This document shows, piece by piece, positions 46,448 to 54,647 of a DNA stretch of 64,000 nt. Both the position numbers and the translations under genes were made by a program. The notes beneath the pieces are model-generated. The model saw only the letters and a list, made by a program, of their open reading frames with translations, ran no database searches and was not told where the DNA came from. Position 1 is the first letter of the stretch, and each line of letters begins with the position of its first letter. The stretch comes from Ignavibacteriaceae bacterium (GTDB lineage Bacteria > Bacteroidota > Ignavibacteria > Ignavibacteriales > Ignavibacteriaceae). The stretch covers positions 49,084-113,083 of the forward strand of contig JARLHC010000056.1 of NCBI GenBank assembly GCA_031292455.1, given 5' to 3'.

Positions 46448-47001
46448 TATTTCCGTCCTCCATCATTTCTGGTACCATCATTATTTCTAACTGAACCTGC
46501 ACCGGTATTTTGCCGGGGATTAGTAGTAGTATTGGAATTTGTTTTATTACTATTAGAATTAGTTGTAGTTGTTCCCGAGGTATATCCAAGGCTTGATACA
46601 GTTACTGGGGGGGTGTTTATTATATCACCTGTATTCCTATCGTTCCTGCCTCTTCCATCACCTGAATTTCTAAGTGTATTAGCATTTCCGTTCCTATTTA
46701 CAATTGTATTACTATTATTGTCATAACCAGGGCCGCTAACTGTTGGAGGAGTAACTGAATACCACCATGGAGTATGATAATAAGGCGCGTATGGGCCATA
46801 ATATGGTGCATAGTAAAAATCATCGTTATTACTGTTACTATAATTATCAGATTCGTTATAGTAGCCGGTAGTATCTGTAGAATAATATTCGCCTGAATTA
46901 TCTGAAGTTGGAAAATCCATTCCAGGACTCCATACTATGGTATAGCATCCAGTTATATTAAGGAAAATAAAAATAGCAGCAATACTTAATAATTTTTTCA
47001 T
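46447..47001 (-). CDS. Low-complexity lipoprotein B (Tyr/Pro-rich core, Asn/Thr/Arg/Gly-rich tail)
   Basis: Lipobox FLNITGC followed by YT. Core DDFYYAPYYGPYAPYYHTPWWYS. The tail is rich in N, T, S, G and R. The stop overlaps the barrel start (TAATG). I recognise no family. Confidence 0.6.
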   Translation of the reverse strand: MKKLLSIAAIFIFLNITGCYTIVWSPGMDFPTSDNSGEYYSTDTTGYYNESDNYSNSNNDDFYYAPYYGPYAPYYHTPWWYSVTPPTVSGPGYDNNSNTIVNRNGNANTLRNSGDGRGRNDRNTGDIINTPPVTVSSLGYTSGTTTTNSNSNKTNSNTTTNPRQNTGAGSVRNNDGTRNDGGRK

Positions 47002-47010
47002 TTTATTCCT

Positions 47011-47964
47011 TTATCGGCGTGAATGGCCACCACCGCTGTTTCCACCTCTGCTTCCGCCAGAGTTACCACCTCTATTAGAGGAACCAGAACTTCTATTTGA
47101 GCTGCCTCCGCTATGGTTTGGGGAAGAATATCTCTGCGGAGAAGAATTGTAAGTCCTTTGAGGAGGACGGTTACTTCTTGAATTTGTTCCATTTCCGCTT
47201 CTATTATTTCTAATATTAGGGTTTTGACTGTTACTATAATTTCTATTCCGGATATTAGGATTAGATCTTGGAGTTACAATATTAGTTCTGTTTCTAACAT
47301 TCGGCATATTAGTCCGAGGATTTGCAATTGTATTGCTGGTTCTGGACATAATATTTGTTTTACTTATTGTGTTTCTCGTAGTAGTAATACCATTTGTGGT
47401 AACTAACCGTGTTCTAACAGCATTTCTACTATAGATACCGGTACCAGTGGCAAGGGATCCTCTTACACCATAAACGCTATTTCTAACACTACTATTTCTC
47501 AAAGCATAGCCATCACCTGACCTGGTTCTATAAAACCCTGAATTATAAAATCCATGTCCATGATGGAATCCGCCGCCATAAGCAAAGCCCCAATATGGGT
47601 AATAGAAGAAGGGATCATAAGCATAATAGAATGGGGCACACCAGCCGTCATAGAAGAAAGGATCCCAATAGAAAGGGTCATAATAATGTCCTACACCGAA
47701 TCCAATAGCAACTGACGGATAATAATATGAATAAAATCTTCCATAGTAAGGGTAGGGTCCATTATCTACAGTTGCATCATTATTATCATTGTTATAAGTA
47801 GTATCCTGATCAGAGTAAGCATCATTGTTGTTATTAGTACTATACGAACCATTATCAGGATATTTATCCTCAGATCCTCGCGAAGCAATGTTAGTATAAC
47901 ATCCGGTGAGGAAAATACCGCTTAATAATAAAAGCAGTAACGGGGAATATTTCAAGATTTTCAT
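47011..47964 (-). CDS. Low-complexity lipoprotein A (aromatic-rich core, Asn/Arg/Ser/Gly-rich RGG-like tail)
   Basis: The ATG at 47964 has a GGAGG 8 nt upstream and gives MKILKYSPLLLLLLSGIFLTGC followed by YT. The core reads PYPYYGRFYSYYYPS...HYYDPFYWDPFFYDGWCAPFYYAYDPFFYYPYWGFAYGGGFHHGHGFY. The tail ends ...SGGSSNRSSGSSNRGGNSGGSRGGNSGGGHSRR. The listed start at 48060 adds 32 residues with no signal peptide. Confidence 0.6.
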   Translation of the reverse strand: MKILKYSPLLLLLLSGIFLTGCYTNIASRGSEDKYPDNGSYSTNNNNDAYSDQDTTYNNDNNDATVDNGPYPYYGRFYSYYYPSVAIGFGVGHYYDPFYWDPFFYDGWCAPFYYAYDPFFYYPYWGFAYGGGFHHGHGFYNSGFYRTRSGDGYALRNSSVRNSVYGVRGSLATGTGIYSRNAVRTRLVTTNGITTTRNTISKTNIMSRTSNTIANPRTNMPNVRNRTNIVTPRSNPNIRNRNYSNSQNPNIRNNRSGNGTNSRSNRPPQRTYNSSPQRYSSPNHSGGSSNRSSGSSNRGGNSGGSRGGNSGGGHSRR

Positions 47965-47992
47965 TTTATTTACCTCCACTAAAACTGTATAA

Positions 47993-48042
47993 ATATCTGC
48001 AAAAATCAGGCCTAAACAAAATTCTTTGCAGATATCATCTGC
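47993..48042 (-). promoter_or_regulatory. Inverted-repeat operator candidate upstream of the lipoprotein operon
   Basis: GCAGAT-ATC-ATCTGC is a perfect 6-3-6 palindrome at 48028-48042. A further GCAGATAT copy in inverted orientation (ATATCTGC on the plus strand) lies at 47993-48000. Both are 30-80 nt upstream of the ATG at 47964. Confidence 0.3.
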
Positions 48043-48060
48043 GTATTTATTAACAAGCAT

Positions 48061-48085
48061 CAGGAATTACTTGTATATATTTTTA
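48061..48085. repeat. 25-nt direct repeat, copy 1 (CAGGAATTACTTGTATATATTTTTA)
   Basis: It matches 48333-48357 (CAGCAATTACTTGAATATATTTTTA) at 23 of 25 positions. Confidence 0.6.
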
Positions 48086-48332
48086 TACTTTATTGTATAG
48101 TATAAAATACACATCAAATGAATAAATTGTTCCAAATTTAAGTGTTAATATTAAATTTGTAACTACCTGTCAAGTCTATCAGATTATATTAAGAACTTAC
48201 CCTGTTTTTTATGTTATCAGGTTATGAATATTAGACAAATATCAGCTTCAAAAGGTTTGAATATAGATAAGTTTATTTCCATTATTCTTAAGAGAAAGTT
48301 TGTTAAGTTAAATATAGCTGTAAATCCAACTG

Positions 48333-48357
48333 CAGCAATTACTTGAATATATTTTTA
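48333..48357. repeat. 25-nt direct repeat, copy 2 (spans the stop codon of the 48339..49112 gene)
   Basis: See copy 1. On the minus strand copy 2 encodes ...KNIFK-stop and copy 1 reads ...KNIYK-stop. Confidence 0.6.
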
Positions 48358-49112
48358 ATATATTCAATTTTAATGCTTCTGTCAGCGGTAGTAGGTGACC
48401 ACTTTTTATTGTTCAGCAAATCTCTTAAATCGAATCCTAAAGTAAATCCTTCCCCCATAACCCATCTTAATCCCATATTGAGATAACCGTTACCTTTGCC
48501 AAAATATTGGGTATTGTTATCGTTTAGAGCAAAGTCATATTCCCCAATGATGGAAAGGCTTGGTCCGATTGTTTTTTCAACGCCGACATTGAGGTCAATG
48601 TAGTTGTCTCCATCTCTGTTTTCCAGAGTATAATTCAGTGTTCCATGGAGGCTTAAAAATCCCAAGCAAGCAAAATTCTTGCTAACAGCACCGAAAAAAC
48701 CGGGAGATTTAATAGCATATCTGCCTGAGGAATCAAAATACAGACCCTTTCCCTGTGATTCAAAGCCAAAAGTTAAAGCAGGCATGACGAATGATTCATT
48801 AAATATCCGGAATCTTAAATTGACGCCAGGATATTTATACCAACCAGGTGAACCGGCGCCGATTATATTTGACCCGCCATAAGAAATGCCGAAATTGATA
48901 TTATCAAATACTCCCACCTCAATTTTTCCTATGAATGATCCGCCCGGCAATATATCAGAAGTTGCACCAACTAAGCCTTTTTCAAGAATTCCGGCTGTCA
49001 TCATATCAATAAGGGTTCGATTTTCATACTTGGCAGATTCCCCCGCTGTACCTTGGCTAAAACTGTTTGAAGTGAATAACAAACACATGCAAAGCAAAAT
49101 TATTTTTTTCAT
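48339..49112 (-). CDS. Small outer-membrane beta-barrel protein (hypothetical)
   Basis: Signal peptide MKKIILLCMCLLFTSNSFSQ, followed by alternating hydrophobic beta-strand patterns and Gly/aromatic-rich strands. 257 aa. I recognise no family. Confidence 0.55.
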   Translation of the reverse strand: MKKIILLCMCLLFTSNSFSQGTAGESAKYENRTLIDMMTAGILEKGLVGATSDILPGGSFIGKIEVGVFDNINFGISYGGSNIIGAGSPGWYKYPGVNLRFRIFNESFVMPALTFGFESQGKGLYFDSSGRYAIKSPGFFGAVSKNFACLGFLSLHGTLNYTLENRDGDNYIDLNVGVEKTIGPSLSIIGEYDFALNDNNTQYFGKGNGYLNMGLRWVMGEGFTLGFDLRDLLNNKKWSPTTADRSIKIEYIKNIFK

Positions 49113-49193
49113 ATTCCCTCAGTATCTATTTGAGAATGGTAAATTAATATACAAAAGATAATAATAATGCAGTATAAATAGAAATCATTTCCA

Positions 49194-49577
49194 TTAAACG
49201 ATATTCGGTTCGATAACAATTTCTATTGTAGAGGGAAGGAATGAATATCTTGACTTGATAGTAATGGATACTTTACCGGATTTTTCTTTGGACCGTAATT
49301 TCAATATCCCATTATTGTTATCAAGGGTTAAAACCTCTACAAGTTCTGCTCCCTCATTAAATATAAATTCTGAATATGATTTTCTAAAAGGAGCAATCCA
49401 TCCAAATGAATTTAAGGGGACTGCCTCTATTACTATCGTTGACGAATTATCAGCATATAATTTATCCGGAGTAATTTTATAGATTACTTCATATATGCTG
49501 AATATATAATGGAAACCGGCGAATCCTGCAATAAGGATTAAAATTATTAATATAAATAAGATATTATTTCTCCTCAT
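49194..49577 (-). CDS. Membrane-anchored hypothetical protein (N-terminal TM helix plus ~95-aa beta-rich domain)
   Basis: TM helix ILFILIILILIAGFAGF, then a beta-sandwich-like segment (TIVIEAVPLN...GKVSITIKS...IEIVIEP). It starts 2 nt after the ATP-grasp stop. Confidence 0.5.
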   Translation of the reverse strand: MRRNNILFILIILILIAGFAGFHYIFSIYEVIYKITPDKLYADNSSTIVIEAVPLNSFGWIAPFRKSYSEFIFNEGAELVEVLTLDNNNGILKLRSKEKSGKVSITIKSRYSFLPSTIEIVIEPNIV

Positions 49578-49578
49578 T

Positions 49579-50502
49579 TTATCTTCTTAATTGGTTTAAT
49601 TTTTTATCATGGATAATGGTTTTTACCATAAGATCAATAATTCTTATAACGACTTTATCCGGGACACCATCTGTGTGTTTGGACTTAATTCTCATATCGC
49701 ATTGATCATTGACATAATCAATTACAATAAACTTCTTATTCTCAGGAATTACAATTTCTGTAGAAAAGAAATCAAGTCCAGTAATCAGTGCAATCTTTTT
49801 TGTAATCAGAAGAAGTCTGCTCAGTCTGAAATTTTTTATTTCTTCTGAGTTCAGTTCATCATAGATATGTGTTAAATCATTCCACCAGACAGGGATAGGC
49901 CGTCCGAATGCCCAAAAAGATCTAAACCATGCTCTTCTTGAATTCATTATGGAAGGGTAAATCTTTTGTTGAAGGATATATTTATCATCTGAATTAGTAA
50001 GTCTTTCCTCAAGAACTTCTTTAAGAGATTCAGCTCCAGTGACTACACCTATTCCACCTCCGGTATTATTGCATGGTTTAATAATAAAAGGTCTTCCCAA
50101 TTTTGAAAGTTCATCAATAGAGATAAAGATATTTTTTAATTGATTATGAGGAGGAATAATGATTGAGTAGGGAACTTCGAGGCCATTAGTTATGAATTCC
50201 AGATGCATGCTTGCTTTATCTATGGCATGTCGAATATTCTTGTAAGGATTAAATATTTTAGTTTTTCTGCGTGTTAATATTTTACCGAGCTGGACAAAGT
50301 TCTCATTAACATCTGATGCCCGGTCAAGATAAAAGTTAAAGCCTAATTTTTTATATTTAACTAATTCAGTGATTTCATTAATATTTCCTGCTGTAATTCT
50401 GAATGAGGAGAGTCCAGCTTTATGCACAGCCAACTCGATAAGGTCAATGAAATCATCATCATATTCCCATACAAAAGCGAGACCTATATCATAAATTTCC
50501 AT
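49579..50502 (-). CDS. ATP-grasp domain protein (RimK-like ligase fold), unknown substrate
   Basis: GRPFIIKPCNNTGGGIGV (P-loop-like ATP-grasp segment), YILQQKIYP, and FFSTEIVI...FIVIDYVNDQCDM (Mg/ATP-binding end). Confidence 0.7.
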   Translation of the reverse strand: MEIYDIGLAFVWEYDDDFIDLIELAVHKAGLSSFRITAGNINEITELVKYKKLGFNFYLDRASDVNENFVQLGKILTRRKTKIFNPYKNIRHAIDKASMHLEFITNGLEVPYSIIIPPHNQLKNIFISIDELSKLGRPFIIKPCNNTGGGIGVVTGAESLKEVLEERLTNSDDKYILQQKIYPSIMNSRRAWFRSFWAFGRPIPVWWNDLTHIYDELNSEEIKNFRLSRLLLITKKIALITGLDFFSTEIVIPENKKFIVIDYVNDQCDMRIKSKHTDGVPDKVVIRIIDLMVKTIIHDKKLNQLRR

Positions 50503-50739
50503 AGGTGATAAGATTAACCTATTTAATCCGAAAATTAATTAAAATATATAAAAATCTAAATAAATATAACCTTTTAGCAGTGTAGATTCTCCTGCTGTAA
50601 GTTTTATTATTACTATATTTACGAAGAGAAATTAAAATAAATAATAATATTAGTTCACAATAAACGCCGCAAATGCGGTTCATTATCATCTAATTATTGC
50701 ATTTATTAATTACCCGATCATTTATATTTTTCAATTCAT

Positions 50740-52548
50740 ATGATAAAATATTTTGCAACTGCAATATTAGCTCTTGTTTTTTTTAGCTGCTCATCAAATA
50801 AGGGGTTAGTTAAAGAGAATGGTACTTCAAATGCAACTTCGGTTAATCCGATTGAGAGGGGCGACTATGCCTTAAATCACTTTATAAATGGTTCTGTAGC
50901 AGAAGCGAAGGGGGATTATGAAACAGCAATTACAGAATATAATGCGGCACTTTCGAAAGATACAAATTCGGCAATTTATTATGCGTTAGCCAAGAATTAT
51001 TATATGCTGGATAAAATTCCACAAGCACTATTTAATGCCAAAAGGTCAATTGATCTGAAGAATAGCAAGATGGAATATTATGAACTACTGGCAGACATTT
51101 TTAATTTCGCAAAGCAGAATGATTCAGCTGCTGTAATTTATGAAAAGATCATTAATATGGATTCCACGAATTATTCGGCATATTATAAACTTGCACGGCT
51201 TTATGAAATTTCAAAGCCCTTAAAAGCTATTGAAATTTACAATAAGTTAACCGGCTATATAGGTCCTGACTGGAGTATTCTGATGAGAGTAGGGGAGTTA
51301 TATGAAAAGCTTGGAGACAATGATTCTGCTGCAAATTCAGTTGTTAAGCTTTTAACGATAGATCCAAATAATACTGCACTTAAGAAATTATTATCCGAGA
51401 TTTATGAAAAAGGGAAAAAATATAATCAAGCTCTTGAAATTATTAATGATATATTAGAAACATCTCCTGATGATCTTGATGCGCATGAAAGGAAAGCCCA
51501 GTTATATATTATTCAAAATAAATGGGAAGAAGCCTCGAGAGAATACGATATACTTCTTAAACAACCTGATATACCATTTGAAAGCAAACTCAGGATAGGT
51601 GCTTCATATTTTGCGAAATCACTTTCAGATTCTTCTTTGTATCCCATAGTTAAAAATTTCTTTACAAAACTGGATAAAGATACATCAACTGTACAGCTAA
51701 AAATATACTTAGGAGCTCTCAGCCTATTACTAAAAGATGATGAAAGTTCTGAAAAGGATCTTATTTCTGCATCAGAAATGACAGATCATAATTCACAGAA
51801 TTGGTTACAAGTAGGCGGATTATTATTTGATAGTAAAAAATACAAAGAAACAGCGCGGTTAATAAAATTCGCTGTGGCAATTTATCCTGAAGATTTTGCA
51901 GTTAACTTTATTGTCGGATTATCGCTGGCTCAAACTGAAAACCATACAGAAGCGAGAGTATACTTAAAGAAAGCAACAGAATTATCACCAAATGATGTTA
52001 ATGCATTATCTGCTTATGGTTATACGCTAAACCAGTTGAAAGATTATGATAATGCTGTTAAATATCTTAATAAAGCATTAACTTTAAAGCCAGGCGATAT
52101 AAATCTCCTTGGCACGATGGGACTTATTTATAATACACAGGAAAAATGGGTTGAGTGCGACAGTGTATATGAAAAGGCACTTAAAATTGATTCAACAAAT
52201 GCATTAGTAAATAATAATTTTGCCTATGCTTTATCTGAAAGAGGGTTACAACTTGAGAGAGCAATGAACATGGTGAATATTGCATTGAAAGCGGATTCGA
52301 GCAATTCCTCATATTTAGATACGAAGGGATGGATTTTTTATAAACTCAAACAATATGAGAAGGCAAAGGATTATATCCAGCGGGCTATTTCAGCCGGAGG
52401 TGAATCGGCTACAACATTAGAGCATCTTGGAGATGCAAAATTTATGATAGGAGAAAAGAGATCTGCAGTTGAACTATGGCAGAAAGCTTTTAATCTTGAC
52501 ACTACAAATAACAATCTTAAAAATAAAATTGAAAAAGGTGAAATTTGA
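50740..52548 (+). CDS. Tetratricopeptide-repeat lipoprotein
   Basis: Lipobox LVFFSCSS. It has many 34-residue A/Y/L-patterned repeats (for example AIYYALAKNYYMLDKIPQAL, ALSAYGYTLNQLKDYDNAVKYLNKAL). Confidence 0.85.
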   Translation: MIKYFATAILALVFFSCSSNKGLVKENGTSNATSVNPIERGDYALNHFINGSVAEAKGDYETAITEYNAALSKDTNSAIYYALAKNYYMLDKIPQALFNAKRSIDLKNSKMEYYELLADIFNFAKQNDSAAVIYEKIINMDSTNYSAYYKLARLYEISKPLKAIEIYNKLTGYIGPDWSILMRVGELYEKLGDNDSAANSVVKLLTIDPNNTALKKLLSEIYEKGKKYNQALEIINDILETSPDDLDAHERKAQLYIIQNKWEEASREYDILLKQPDIPFESKLRIGASYFAKSLSDSSLYPIVKNFFTKLDKDTSTVQLKIYLGALSLLLKDDESSEKDLISASEMTDHNSQNWLQVGGLLFDSKKYKETARLIKFAVAIYPEDFAVNFIVGLSLAQTENHTEARVYLKKATELSPNDVNALSAYGYTLNQLKDYDNAVKYLNKALTLKPGDINLLGTMGLIYNTQEKWVECDSVYEKALKIDSTNALVNNNFAYALSERGLQLERAMNMVNIALKADSSNSSYLDTKGWIFYKLKQYEKAKDYIQRAISAGGESATTLEHLGDAKFMIGEKRSAVELWQKAFNLDTTNNNLKNKIEKGEI

Positions 52549-53333
52549 AGCTTCTTTTATTCGTAATCTCCTCGATCATATTATTATCGCTTTTTACCTT
52601 AACGGGTTGTGTTCCATCAAAACCTACTGAAGAAGTAGAGATTCTACCGACAGAACGGTTAGTTACAAAACTTGAAGCTAACAGAAGAAGAATAAGGACT
52701 TTTGAAGGGAATGGAACAATTACGATAAAGACCAATGACATTAACACTAGCGCTTCATTCAGGATAGTTCTTGTAAAGCCAGATTCCATTTATCTTACAA
52801 TAATGGGTCCGTTTGGAATGGAATTAGCGCAGGCACTGGTAACGGGGAAAGATTTCATTTTTTATGATGCATTACAAAATACGGCATATAAGGGGGCACA
52901 AAGCAGCGATATACTGCGTCAGATATTCAAAATCGATCTTTCTTTCGGAGATATAATGGATGCATTTATAGGATCTGTGAACTTAACCAACAGTCTCTAT
53001 AAATCACCCAACAGTTACAAGGTTATTTACGATAAATACATGCTTACTTATAAAGATTCATCCACAGATAATATATCTGAGTATGAAGTAGATGTAAGGC
53101 ATCTTGGGATACTCCATTACCTTCTCAAGAACAGCAGTAATGAAGACTTACTTGAAGGAAAGTATTCCAATTTTGAAGTATTGGAAACAGTTGCAGTGCC
53201 GACAAAGATAGAAGTGATGAACAGGAAACAGAATGAGACTGTACTAATCGATTATAAGTCAATGACAGCTAACAAGAAAAAAATCTATATCGATTTTAAG
53301 CTTCCTGATGATGCTTCTATAATTAAATGGTAA
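52545..53333 (+). CDS. DUF4292-like lipoprotein (LolB-like size and position)
   Basis: TTG start overlapping the TPR stop. Lipobox LFTLTGC. The segment GNGTITIKTNDINTSASFRIVLVKPDSIYLTIMGPFGMELAQ resembles DUF4292 from memory only. Confidence 0.55.
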   Translation: MKLLLFVISSIILLSLFTLTGCVPSKPTEEVEILPTERLVTKLEANRRRIRTFEGNGTITIKTNDINTSASFRIVLVKPDSIYLTIMGPFGMELAQALVTGKDFIFYDALQNTAYKGAQSSDILRQIFKIDLSFGDIMDAFIGSVNLTNSLYKSPNSYKVIYDKYMLTYKDSSTDNISEYEVDVRHLGILHYLLKNSSNEDLLEGKYSNFEVLETVAVPTKIEVMNRKQNETVLIDYKSMTANKKKIYIDFKLPDDASIIKW

Positions 53334-54610
53334 ATAAAAGAAACTGTTTTATATTTATTTTTTTATTTTTTATTGTTCCTTATATTCTCCCGCAGGAAAA
53401 GGAACAAATTAAAAATCAAAAATCTGAACTTTCAAAGATTAAAGCTGAAATATCATCGCTGGAATCCCTCTTAAAGATAAAGACAACAAAGGAAAAACAG
53501 TCGTATACTGCGCTTGAGAATTACAATCAACAAAGTTTCCTGCTGAATAAGATAATAAACAAATTAAGAAACGAAGAAGAGCTTAAACAAAATGATATTG
53601 ATTTTACATTACAGCAAATTGATATAATCGAAAAGGAGATCAAAGAACTACAGATTAATTATTCGAAATATGTTATATCGGTTTATAAAAAGGGGAAAGA
53701 AGATGAAATATCTGAATTACTGAATTCAGAGTCCGTTCAGCAGGCATTAGTAAGATACAAATACCTTCAGAAGTTCTCAGAAAAGAGAGAAAAGGATCTT
53801 GATAAATTTCAAAAGGACAAGCAGGATTTAATAGATCTCAAAAGCAGGTATGAAAGGGAAAAGGAAGAAAAGTTAGTGCTTGCCGATCAGAAGAAAAATG
53901 AAGCTGCAGATTTGGAGAAGAAACTTATTGAACGGAAGAAGATATTAAACTCAATCCGGCGTGATAAGAAAGAGCTTAAGAAATCAATTTCGATTAAAAG
54001 ATCAGCAGAATCTAAAATTAAAAACCTTATATCCAAACTAATTGAAGAAGAAGAGATAAGAAGAAAGGCAGAACGTGAAAGGTTAGCCAAACTTTCAGCA
54101 GAAAAAACAAGAAAAGAGAATAGAACTAAGGAAGTAACAACTGAAAAAAAGCATGTTAATAAAGATGCAGTTTATGATATAGATATTTCAACTTCCTCAT
54201 TATCTTCCTTTTCTTCCCTAAAGGGGAAATTGAGCTGGCCGGTATCGGGAGGGAAGATAGTCAGACATTATGGTGAGGACAGGAATACAAAGCTTAATAC
54301 TGTAACTCTCAATTATGGTGTTGATATAAAAGCTTCATCCGATCTGAATATAAAAGCACCGGCAGATGGTGTTGTATCGGCGATAGACTGGATACCGGGG
54401 TACGGCGGGGTAATAATAATAACGCATAAAGATGGATACAGAACAGTTTACAGTCATTTCTCTGAGATATTTGTAAAAGAGGGGGACAAAGTTAGACCAG
54501 GAAGCGTTGTTGCAAAGGTAGGAGAAAGTGTTGAGGGTTATATAGTACATTTTGAAATTTGGAATTCCAGAAATAATCAGAATCCTGAGATATGGCTAGC
54601 AAAGAAATAA
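53327..54610 (+). CDS. M23 family metallopeptidase with long coiled-coil (EnvC-like)
   Basis: About 250 aa of heptad-rich K/E coiled coil precede the LytM domain: GVDIKAS, GYGGVIIITHKDGYRTVYSH, VHFEIW. Confidence 0.85.
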   Translation: MVNKRNCFIFIFLFFIVPYILPQEKEQIKNQKSELSKIKAEISSLESLLKIKTTKEKQSYTALENYNQQSFLLNKIINKLRNEEELKQNDIDFTLQQIDIIEKEIKELQINYSKYVISVYKKGKEDEISELLNSESVQQALVRYKYLQKFSEKREKDLDKFQKDKQDLIDLKSRYEREKEEKLVLADQKKNEAADLEKKLIERKKILNSIRRDKKELKKSISIKRSAESKIKNLISKLIEEEEIRRKAERERLAKLSAEKTRKENRTKEVTTEKKHVNKDAVYDIDISTSSLSSFSSLKGKLSWPVSGGKIVRHYGEDRNTKLNTVTLNYGVDIKASSDLNIKAPADGVVSAIDWIPGYGGVIIITHKDGYRTVYSHFSEIFVKEGDKVRPGSVVAKVGESVEGYIVHFEIWNSRNNQNPEIWLAKK

Positions 54611-54647
54611 GTTTTATATCAGTCATATAGAGACTAATTTTAACCAC

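Noticed and set aside
46368-47192. Alternative-frame ORFs across the low-complexity lipoprotein genes (46368-46589, 46532-46726, 46998-47192, 47224-47406, 47499-47681)
   Set aside because: Repetitive composition keeps several frames open. Only the two chosen frames have signal peptides, lipoboxes, ribosome-binding sites and operon-consistent spacing.
47965-48060. 32-codon N-terminal extension of lipoprotein A (listed start 48060)
   Set aside because: The internal ATG at 47964 has a GGAGG at proper spacing and yields a classical signal peptide and lipobox. The extension would bury the signal peptide.
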